A DNA stretch of 64,000 nt, from assembly GCA_963514005.1 (NCBI GenBank), contig OY740792.1:39866001-39930000 (forward strand), written 5' to 3'. The translations under genes and the position numbers were made by a program. The DNA comes from Raja brachyura (lineage: Eukaryota). The notes below the pieces were generated by a model. That model worked only from the letters and a program-made list of their open reading frames with translations, was not told where the DNA came from and searched no databases. Positions 13,401 through 25,400 of this stretch are shown here, piece by piece (positions within the stretch are counted from its first letter, which is position 1; every line of letters begins with the position of its first letter).

Positions 13401-16400
13401 TGTGTCGCATGCAACTGAGAGTGGTCATCCATCAGGTTCAATATTTCTAACTCCAAATGAGACATTTCTATCCCCACCTTTACCGTATCCAAATCGGTAT
13501 TTCACTTACTCAACGCCAGACGGAATCCCAATTAGCCACCTTCCCTTACCCGACAAAGGACTCGTGTTCCCCCATCCTGCCTTATTGCCCAGTGGCAACT
13601 TATATGCAGGAAACTTAACACCAAAGCACAGACTTTCTTATACCAGCTTGCCAACGTGCAGAAGTGAATATACCCTATTTCACAACACCCAGAATTTGAT
13701 CAACCCTATTATCACGCCACACAGCGTTCAGGAAGAAAAACGGAGTGAAGGAACACAACGGCGATCCAGATCACATGATCGTCTTAGATGCAGCGAAGAG
13801 CCTGTTACCAGAGAGAGACCACCAGAGATTTCTCAAAAAATAATTGCAGACCAGCTACTTGTTTCAGGAATAAACGAACTATTATGTCACAGTGCAAAGA
13901 ATCATGGCAAAACCTTTGCCAAAGATAATAAGGACAAACACCTGATCTTAGAACACAATGATCAACGAGGTAAAATTGAAGCAAAAATATCTAAAAAGTG
14001 CATCCCATCAGAAGGCAATAACAAACAAAATTCTGGAAAGGAAAACAGTGACAAAACAGTTGACTCTGTGGAAACCATTTCTATACAAGATGGTATCCAA
14101 AAAGACAGAGATGCCCATAAGAGAGTAGAGACCTGTAACTTATCAAAGGGCCATTGTTTACCAAATCAAAACTTAAACAAAGAAAATACTTCAGACAGCC
14201 AAAGCAAAGAAAGCACAACAGTTCAATTAATTGCTGATGTCTCGGAGAACAGTCCTATGTTTGACCATGTTGCCACCTCTTCTGGCAAAACAAATACAGA
14301 GAAGGAATTTGGTGCTGAAACTGGGCAGTTTTTCGCTCAATTGAATCACAGTGATACCAAAGACAGAACTGAAGATCTGGAGGTAACAGCTGCTAAATTT
14401 ATGAAGCCGAAGAAATCTAATTTAACTAAGCGAATAGCAAACTCAGCTGGGTATGTGGGAGATAAATTTAAGTGTGTCACAACTGAACTATATGCAGACT
14501 CTAGCCAACTTAGTCGAGAACAACGAGCACTACAGGTGAGTTGTTAACTTGTTTGTCAGTGGTTAAAGTGATGCTTCTTTACTTTAAAAACATTTGATTT
14601 TATAAAGCATTTTTAATGTTTAATATTCTTGCTTGAGAGACATGAACCCGACTTAAAATAGGTTTCTGAAACTTTATGAAGGCTGCTCCATACACCCTAT
14701 TGCTAGGCCATGATATGAAGGAATTATTCAGTGGACTAATCAATCATAACAATTTCATGAGCATGAAAATAAATTGGCAACACCCGCAAGGCAATATTTA
14801 GTGGCCCTCTCATTATCCTGAGGAGCTGAATGGCCAGTCACATAGCAAGGGGCTGAAGTTACTTGCAGGCCAGACCAGGCAAACCTTGGAGGATTTTGAT
14901 TGGAGTCAAGACCATATTGTCCACAAATTTCAAAATGTAATTGATTTATTTCTTCAATTTGCCATGGTGGAATTTGAACTCAAGACCTTCTGGTTGATGG
15001 TGCAAAACCATGACCACTATGTTACTGTGCCCATATATGTTTTGGCATCAATCAACAAATTTGTCCCGAAGATAGACACAAAATGCTGGAGTAACTCAGT
15101 GGGACAGGCAGCATCTCTGGATAGAAGGAATGGGTGACGTTTCGGATCGAGACCCTTCTTCAGACTGAAGAAGGGACTGAAGAACGGTCTCGACCTGAAT
15201 CGTCACCCATTCCGTCTATCCAGAGATGCTGCCTGTTCGGCTGAGTTACTCCAGCATTTTGTATCTATCTTCGGTTTAAACCAGCATCTGCAGTTCCTTC
15301 ATAAACAAATTTGTCTAATTGATGCCAGTTTTTATGTTGTACCATTGAGATCATATTTTCTGTTTTCTTAACAAAGTCATCTCATTCGTATCGTCCCAAC
15401 ATAATGCATATTTTCAAAACAAGGGATAAAATAATATGTATGTATAAAAAATCACCAAATATAGTGTGGTTAGGAAATAACATGAAGACTTGTTCACTCT
15501 CATGTAATGGCTTTGTCCTTGTATTCATGGTTGTGCTGCTTATTTGAATGAATTTTGGAAATCTGCATGGCCACACTTATTTTGTATTTCTGTAGCATGT
15601 TAAAACATGCTTCGCACTGCCTGCTATTATTGTTCTTGTACTATAATCTTAAACCAGAAAGTGTGTAGCAGTATAAACTAGAGATCTGTTTAATGACCTC
15701 TTAAAAATACGTTTTCTCCCTACACCAGCTATGTAACATATGGGTCCATTAATTAGGTGAATTCCTCACCCCTTCCCCATCCTCCCTCTTTGCTTTTTTT
15801 CACACATTTGTACTGTATATATTTATTGTATGTAAGGTTTTCAGTAAACATTCCACCTTTACACACATTTTTGATAGGTGAAAAGCCTCTTGATGATTTT
15901 CATTCTTGTTGTGAAATAATGGTTTGTGTCTGTAAAAATGAATGATAAAGTTCCCCACTGAGTGATCATTTTAATTGAATAGATGGAAGGATTATCACAA
16001 GAGGACAGTATTTTAAATCAGCCTGCTGCTTGCTGTGAGGTCAGTTCTTAAGATTTTTCTCAGATTGTTTAACTTACATGAAAAGAATTGTTAAATGATT
16101 TTAGTTAACACAAGTTTGGGCAGTGAGTCAATAGATGTGGACCCCAGCACTAGTCTACAGACTACTTTGGTTGTGTTGAAACTCTCAAGCATGTTTCAAA
16201 GATTATATACAATAGAAATATACTGATTTTTAAAAAAACATGCAACAATCCTCTTTTTTCATAGGGGATACTATGGTTATTCATTTTATTAAATAGTGCA
16301 TTGATACAACTTAAGAACACTGTTCAGTGTTAGCTTTTGCTGATTTTAGAAATTCTCTTTCAATGAGCATTCAGTACAGGTGTGAAAATAAGGCAAATTT

Positions 16401-19400
16401 GTTACTGCTGTTGTGACAATAAGAAATTATGTTTTTCATTTAATAATACTTTCATTTATAATTCTAGCGTGCTATGATGCGCTTTTCTGAGCTTGAGATG
16501 AAACAGCGGGATGATAGTAGGGTATCTGAGGATGCTTTAGAGGACAACAAAATAGATGACACTGAATGGAAGAACTTCACTGGGAAGAAAGAAAAGTCAA
16601 AGGAAGATTCGGAAGATGACATTACATCAATAGAGAATTTTGATGAAGGTGAATTACATTGCAGGTGTATTGATATGTTATTGCATGTGGAAGGGTTAGT
16701 GATGGTATATATTTACACGAGTTCCAGTTAAAATATATTTTCCTCCATGATGACTTTCAAATCAGTGCACCATATCATATCCGCTGTGACTGGCAGTTCC
16801 ACTCAGAGACACCTACATTTAGCCATTCAAAGAAAAGTAAATCCCAGACAGGTGCTGGGAGTTTGGGATTAGCTGCATCTTTGGATTCTACATGGGATAG
16901 TGCATCATTATGCTGCAGTGAATAGTATTTTAGGATCTAGTAAATATTTTTTATCAATAACACTCTGTTTTGATCCAGAATTTAGAAACTCAAATCTTTA
17001 CCCAGGAGAACTAATGGAAGTGTTTTGCAGTTACCATTGACGTGATAGGAGTTTAATTTTATCTACATTACCTTGATAGTCTGAAATATTTTTGAAGAAA
17101 TGTGTTGAGCAGTATATATTTTTGAATTATTATGCATTTTACATAACCTTGATTTTTTTTTTTGTAATATTTTTTAATTTGAAGTAAACTGTTTACAATG
17201 TAAAGCTTACTTTATAAACTAACACCTTAATTCAATATTACTACAAATAACATATCAATACTTAATATCTTCTATTTTTTGGAAATAAAGAAAAAGATAT
17301 ATAAAAGAGAAAAGAAAAAAGAGTAAATAAAAAAAAATAAACTCTTCCCACATACTTCAATCGTAAATAAAAAGAAAATAAAAAGGGAAAATTTGAAAAA
17401 CAAAAATATTACATATATATAAACAAAAACTAAAGTCATTATACGAAATACTATTTCATTCAGAAATATCTCTAATAAATGCACAATAATATCAATTATA
17501 AGTAAGTTATTCGCATCGGATCCATAGGGTGTCCGTCGAGCCGTGATTCCAAGAATAGCTACTTGATTTTGGTTATGCTATTATTGAGTCATAAATTAGA
17601 AAAAGAAAACTATTATAAAATAAAAGAGGATTTATCAACTTTCAGAAATATATTCTTTAAACAGTGGACACCGTTGCAACAAGCCAGCCTAGTTTTCATT
17701 TTTAATTTTACTGCAGTTTCTTAGTAAATTAATTCCTTCTAACATGTAAAAACATGTTGAGCTGTGTCTACAATCTCGCAATTTCAGGATCTCACAAAGT
17801 TTGTGTCAGGGTCTGAACCTTAATCCAAACTGAAAGATCGCAGAAACAATATGTAGATTTAATAGAAACATAACAAGTTTAACATTTCCCACATGTTTTG
17901 TGGTTTAATTAGTTGTGCTTGAATTACTCTAAAGTTTGTTGCATAGGCAAGTAGAAACCTAATCCCAACACGTGAAATTCATATGATATCAGAGACAATG
18001 GACTGAATAGCGTAGTATATTACCCATGACCCATTTTCTAAACGAACAATCATTTCATCCCAATATATTTGTGTGTTTTTGGCTATCGCAGTTAGTATTT
18101 CTGTATCTTATAGTATCACCTGGTTTTCAATACCTTATTCAGAAAGTGATCCTAAGAAGTGAAAGGTACAAGTGTCACTGATCAATTCAGCAAGTAAGTT
18201 TTCTCTCTCCAAGTGGTTAATGCTATGGAACTTTTGGTTGATTCTTGAATGCCCTCTTAGTCTACCTACATGTCTGCCATTTGAAAATGGCAGTGCAAAT
18301 GTATAGAAAGCAACTGCAGAGGCTGGTTTATACCGAAGATAGACACAAAGTGCTGGAGTAACTCAGTGCGTCGGGCAGCATCCCTAGCGCCCCCGCATTA
18401 AATCTCTTCCCCCTCCTCTCCTCCACCCTAGTCATCCTATCAGTTCCACGGTTCGCATCCTTCTATCCCTTCATTATTACCTCTTCCCGAGCCAACAATG
18501 GGCCATTATGAGCTCCACCCTTCCTTTTCTTACCCCCAGTTCCCTCCCCGCTACTTTCAGTCTGAAGAAGGGTCCCGCCCGGAAACATCACCCATCCCTT
18601 TTCTCCAGAGAAGCTGCCTAACCCGCTGTGTTACTCTAGCACTTTGTATCTACCTGACAGTGAAAGACTAGTAATGAAATTGCCTGGTTGCTGTGGTGAA
18701 TTGAAACTATTACCATGACAACAATGCTATGGAGTATTACCATGGTACACCACATGGTGATAAATTACAGGATGTGCTATGAGTCATATGATTCTTGTTA
18801 GCTGTGATCAAATGATTTCAGCAACCACACAAATGCACTGTTATATATAAATAATTGCCGTCTGTTGGTCAGAAGGCTAAACACTACCGATATTCATCTT
18901 GCATATTATTAACAGCAACACTAGCAAGAAGTCACATTTATATTGTAAATATTTTTTTTAATTCAGTGCCATTGATGCATGATAAAATTGGTTGTGATGG
19001 TGGGAGTCCCTACCTAGGTGTCTGTTCACATACAAGCCAGGGCAATGTGAGGTCAGATTATTTGATCGGAGATGAGTCTCTACCTGAACTCAGTTAAAAT
19101 GCAGATACCTTTTATTTTCCAGCAACACACAGCTTAGGGACAAATAAAACGATTTATAATGCAGCTTAATTGATGGATAGTGGTCAACAAATTACAGAAC
19201 ATCCCAGTTTATTTAGCTGAAAAGTATAACAAAGTGATCAAGTGACTTGAAAATTTAAAGTTAAAAGACTCGGCCACAAACATTACACAATGATAACCAC
19301 TAAAATGTCTAAGTGTGAATGTTAGGTCAGAGTATATAAATAGAATAAGAATTATTACGTTTTAAATTGATGTCAATGATATTGACAAATGACTTTCCTA

Positions 19401-22400
19401 TCTTCATATGCCATTTGCCTACTTATTTTATTGCAATTATTAACATTTACTTAAAATGGGTTTATGTGTCTGCTAAAATAGTAAGCATGGAGGCATCAAA
19501 CATTCAATATAATCTGTAATATCTCTATATATTTCTTCAACTATGGTATTATGGAAAAGATCATGCAAAACAGCTTACAGTATTGGGCTTATTTTATCTG
19601 AAAAGTCTACTTTTTTTTTGCCTTTAAATTAGCCTTCCAAAAGAAACAAAAGAATGGATTCCAAGACTTTATTCCACTTTTTCTGCAAGTGCGAACGCAC
19701 AACAAGTCTGGTATGTATTCATTTTCCACTTTTGAGGAAAGTTCAAGGAATATAAATGGGTCCCCACACATTTAAAATTTTCAGAAAGTATTATTAATTT
19801 AGCAAAAATGTTGTGCTTGTAATTCAGTGCTCAATGTGATCTGTTGTGACCAAAGGAACTATTTTATAAATGCCCATAATGTTCAAACATACGGTGTATG
19901 TGGTCAGCATCTTGGTGCAGTTCAGTAACAATTCATTTCTGAAGCATTGTTCTTGGTACAGTCAAAGAAAAACAGCTTCAACTTAACAGAGGTATGTACC
20001 GAAATAACATTTAATCTGCTGGAATAATTGTCCAAGTGCCGAGTTACACTCGAGTACAACAATTCAGTTCACGGCTTGTGAACTGGTGACAGACTACTTC
20101 TAATACATTCCTAGTAATATTAATTCAAAAAAATTATCGACAAAATGGTTCAGATTAAATAGAAAGGTTCTTGGAAGATGGAAGTTTTTTAGTGATTTAT
20201 TGGTAATTGATTTGGTTTTTATGGAATTGTTATTTTTGATTTTAAATGGAAATGATTTTGAAACTAGGTACTTGTGCATAAATGAGTTATAACCAACCAT
20301 TATTGCTTGGGAAAATGGGCACACAAATAAAAAGGACCTAATAAACTAGAGATTTTGGAAATCTGCATTTATTTGATTTGACAGAATCCTAACTAAAAAT
20401 CTGTGTCTTCTTCTTGTTAACTGTTGGTAGAAATATCAAAAATTTAGCCTCTAATGCCTTTTAATGTGTCACCGCCAACTATCTACTCTCATCACATATG
20501 CATGCTTCTTCTCTGAATGATTTTTAAGCAATGTTTTTCAAATATTTATCTAACTCGGCTTTAAATGTAATGAACTTAGTTCTGTGGTCGCTATCAATGT
20601 AATAATATTGTGTTAATACTATTTCCAAATGTATGTTGCTTTTACCTGTTTACTAACTAATAGAGTCAAAGAGCATAGAACCTGACCCTCTGGGCCACCA
20701 TGTCAAATACTTATTTGTACAAATCCCAGTTACCCAGCACTGTCCAATGCCTTCCTGTCTTAGCAAGTCAAATCTCCATTGATAGTTCCTAACTGAGGGT
20801 TAAATTAAATTTAGTTGAATGAAAGTACTCCTCCATCTTCTATGGCAGTATGTTCCAGATTACATCCATCCTCTGCAATGAACTGTCTGGGAGGATGGTG
20901 GAGGCAACTACTTTTTTTCAAAGAAGCATCTGTACAAGTACTGGAAATATTGCCTGATGTGTGTATATATACACGTTTGTTCCTGCAAACAGCACCACTA
21001 GTTTCCTCTCTCCACTTTAGTAATTGTTCTTTCTTATCATTTCTCATGTGCTTTTGATGCTATTCATTACGACACTGTGGAGTTATGGTTACCATATTGA
21101 GTGATTTTTATGTATTTTCCGACTATTGGACAAAATTGACTTGTGGACATCTGTAGAAATGGAATCTGTTTGTTAGCCATGGATGACCTGTACTAAATGT
21201 TCCTTCTCTCATGTCCCAATCTTTGTCATGTAATGAGATCCTTAAACCTGTGCACAACAGCCAACTGTGGTAGGGTGATTGGTAATCTCATTCTCCCCAA
21301 TTTGTGGATGAGCTGATTTTTCATACATCCCTTTTTCCCACTAATCCATTTTGAGAACTTCTCGAACTCCTTTTTTCTTCATTCAATTTTTGTGTCCCTC
21401 ATCATTCCTTGATGTAACCATTTTCAAATTCTATCTTAGCACTTTACTAGACATTCTATTTAGTATGAAGAAGGATCCCGACCGGAAATGTCAATTATCC
21501 ATGTCCTCCAGAGATGCTGCCTGATCTGCTGAGTTACTCCAGCATTTTGTGTTCTACACAAGATTCCAGCATTTGCAATTTCATATCTCCTATTTTAACA
21601 GTTCTTCAGTTCTCAAACTCTACTCTACTTTTTCAGCCTGCATAAACGGTTACAACCCGAAATGTCAACTGTCGATTTCCTTCCACGGATGCTGCCTGAC
21701 CTGCTGAATTTCTCCAGCTGCTCTTTTTTTTACTTTTGTGTACCCATTATATTTTGACTGTTCATGGGACCTAGATGTGCATACATTGGTTCCCACATTT
21801 CTAAGTGTAACAACAGTGACTTTCAAAAAGTAACAACACAGAGTGCTGTAGTAACTCAGGGGGTCAGATAGTATCCCAGGAGATGGATAGGTGACGTTTC
21901 AGGTTGGTACCCTTCTTCAGACCCACTTAGTTACTCCAGCACTTTGTGTCTATGTTTTGTAAACCATAGTCCCTGTTTCTACTTTCAAAAAATATTTCAT
22001 CTGTAAAGTATTTTGGGGACATCGTTATAAGATGAAAAACATAGGTATATGTAGGCCTTTCTTTTTTCATGTATTTATTGTGTTCCTTTTTCCTTTCCCA
22101 TATTCTTACATTGTTCATCTGTGATATTTTTCCATTTTAAGTAAAGATTTTAAATTTTAATTATCAACTATCATGTTTCCTCAATGGATGAGAGCTGATC
22201 ATTTTCAATGTTTTCAATTTTTGCGGTCTAAATGAAGTTTTGTACAAATCAATTATTTGGACCTATAGAAAGAACAAGTTACATGTTTGTAATGTGGAGA
22301 AAGAGATTTTCCACGTGGAATCATATTTTCAAAGCTGCCTATATGAATTAACTTCAGACTTTCTTCCACACAAAAGGCTNNNNNNNNNNNNNNNNNNNNN

Positions 22401-25400
22401 NNNNNNNNNNNNNNNNNNNNNNNNNNNNNNNNNNNNNNNNNNNNNNNNNNNNNNNNNNNNNNNNNNNNNNNNNNNNNNNNNNNNNNNNNNNNNNNNNNNN
22501 NNNNNNNNTCATTATTCTTATCATGCAGCCAAGTCTCTGTAACAGCTAATGTATTATGCTGTATTAGCACTTCTAATTCCTAATTTTCTTTGGGCAAGTG
22601 CATGCAAAATTATATTTTAAAAATGTATATATAGCTCCTGGTCCTCAAATACAAACTCATTTTAATACCACACTTTCAGGTTCAAATTCCTTCATGGCTT
22701 GGTCTCCTTGCATTTTTAACCTTGTGTGGTTGTTTAAACCCACAAGGGTTCCTCCAGTTTTGACCTCATCCAGGGAATTTCCCAACATGACATGAGTACA
22801 AGTTAAGTGTACTTGTTGGTTTTTGCTTTCTCTCTTTTGAACAAGCTCCCAGAACACATCTGTCACCCTAAAATCATTTAGCATGATTTCCAGTTTCCAA
22901 CTAGCGGGTGGCGCATTGGTGTAGTTGCTGCCTTTTAGCGCCAGAGAACCGGGTTTGATTCTGACTACGGGTGCAGTCTGTACGGGTGTTTGTACGTTCT
23001 CCCCGTGACCACTGTTGGTTTTCTCCAGGTGCTCTTTCCTCCCACACTCCAAAGATATATAAGGTGAATTGGCTTTGATAAAAAAATTAAATTGTTCCTA
23101 GTGTGCAGGATGGTGCTGGTGTACGGGGATTGCTGGTTGGTGCGGACTCTGGACCGAAGGGCCTGTTCCCACGCTGTTTCTCTAAACAAAACAAAACAAA
23201 TTGTCAATACTGTTCCAGCTATTTCTGTGGTTTGGGCAAGGCTTGAACATTTGTCATGGATCAACTTTTTCTTTCAACTGAAAAAAAAGTTTCATTTCCA
23301 AAGGACTTATTTGGAAGAAAATACACTCAATTCTGCTTGTTATCACATTGAAGTACACAGGGGAACTAATTAGCAACTTTTTCTGCAGATGATCTAGATG
23401 GCAATGCAAAGCGCCTAGATCGGTTGGTTGAAAATTATGAAAATGGCGAATATTGGACTGATCAAAGCAAGGCAGATAGTTCCACCCCACAGAAAGTTTC
23501 TTCTTCTAATGACTTTGAAAAACCTCAACAGACATCTCATCCTGAGGATGCAAGTTATAATTCTGAGTCAACCTTTGATCAGGATAATCAATATTGTAAG
23601 GACATTTTAGGAAGCAACCAGGATGAAATATACACTCATGAAGTACAATCAGAGATGAAGGGATACAATGAGACTTGCATCAATCGATCAATGATGCCAG
23701 AAATTTTCAGGATGAAAAGAAAAAGACAAAACTCCATTTTGGGTAAGGTGACATGTTTTGAACTTTTTGACTGCTTGCGTAGTTATAATAAAGTTAATTC
23801 AGTTGGGTAAAATACGTTAAATAGCTCTTCCATGTGAAACATTCCATCGATTTTAAACCTGTAATTTTACCCATTCTCTCCAGAGATGCTGCCTGTCCCG
23901 CTGAGTTACTCTAGCTTTTAGTGTCTCTCCTCGGTTTAAACTAGCATCTGCAGTTCCTTCCTCCGCATAGAATATCCAATTCTATAATGCATTAAATAGA
24001 AACTGATTCATCTAATCAATTTCTATTCTATCAAATTCTAATCAATTATCAATAGAAAAGCAATTTATATATTTAAGGGCAGTCTAAATCACTTGTGCCC
24101 AAATAATAAATCATTTTAGATGGATTTTTTTTGTTTATAATAAGAATAATCAGGCTGCCAGTTAATTTGGGGGCTAGCAAATTACCTTCCTCTAGGCACA
24201 GCAGCCCAGGTTTGATGCTGGCCACAATATTGTCAGTGTGGACTTAACTCATTCTCCCTTGCATGGTTTCCTATGTGTGCTCTGGTTTTCTCTTGTATCC
24301 AAAAGTGATGTGGGTTGGTAGTTTGAATAGCCACCATTAATTACCACTGGTGGTGAAATCTAGGGGGAGGAGCAATATTGATAGAAATTTGGAGAGAATG
24401 GATTGCAAGGAAAATTATTTGAGCAATGGGATTGCTCTCTGAACAAGCATAGACTCGATGGGTCAAATTGACTGCCTTTGACCCATCGAGTCTATGCTAT
24501 GTCACAATGAAATATGCGATATATATGCAATTTCTGTGGATATATTAATGGTGTGACAGCATAGAATATGAGTGCATTTCTTTAAAAAATAGCAATCAAT
24601 GTTTAAATTCAGGAGCTCTGCCCTACAGAAACTAAATCCACAAGAATCAAACACTTTATTAATATTTTATTTGGCTTTAAAAAAAAAATTGGCAAATAAA
24701 ATGTCACTTGCAGAAAATAGGAAGTCTTTGTAGGATAGAAGGATACTTCTGTCCATAAATTGTTAAGCTTCATTTGATGGAATGAGTTGGACACATATGT
24801 AGGAGATATGAAGAGTCTAGTTAGGAGATAGATTCAACGATGTATTCCTGTTGAGATCACATCTCCCAAGCCAATATTGGAACCACCCTGTCTTTTGTTG
24901 TCGCCCCTAATTGGTCCAGGTCCTTTCTTGCTTTCCCTTACAATCAGTCTGAAGAAGGATCCCGACCTGAAACTTTGCCCATCTATTTTATCCTGGTATG
25001 CTGCCTGCCCTGCTGAGTTACTCCAGCATTTTATGTCCCTCTAAGGAGAGATATTATTTGTGAGTTGTAAGGTGTCGGTTGTGATTTACAGGAAAAAAAC
25101 ACATCTCTTTTGAAATATTCAAAAGCATAATATTTAGGTGTTTCTCAGAACATTAGGGCGACATTATTTTATTTGTAGTGTTGTTAGGTGTAGGGCATCT
25201 TTCATTAACCTGAACTGTTTTCAAAGTAGATGAATGGACTGAAAAAGAGATGAACGATGACTCCACGGATAATTCAGAAGATTCGCACACAAGCGAAGTA
25301 ACAAACCTAAAGGTGTGTATTGAACTGACAGGACTCCATCCACGCAAGCAAAGGCATTTGCATCATCTGCGGGCACTCTGGGAGCAGCAAGTGTCCCCCG

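Noticed and set aside
12104-13450. Overlapping and antisense ORFs within the large exon
   Set aside because: Short shadow frames of the BCOR exon with no independent support.
17272-17484. Hydrophobic F/I/L-rich ORF resembling a mitochondrial or membrane protein
   Set aside because: Low-complexity translation of an A-rich tract; no recognisable mitochondrial motif.
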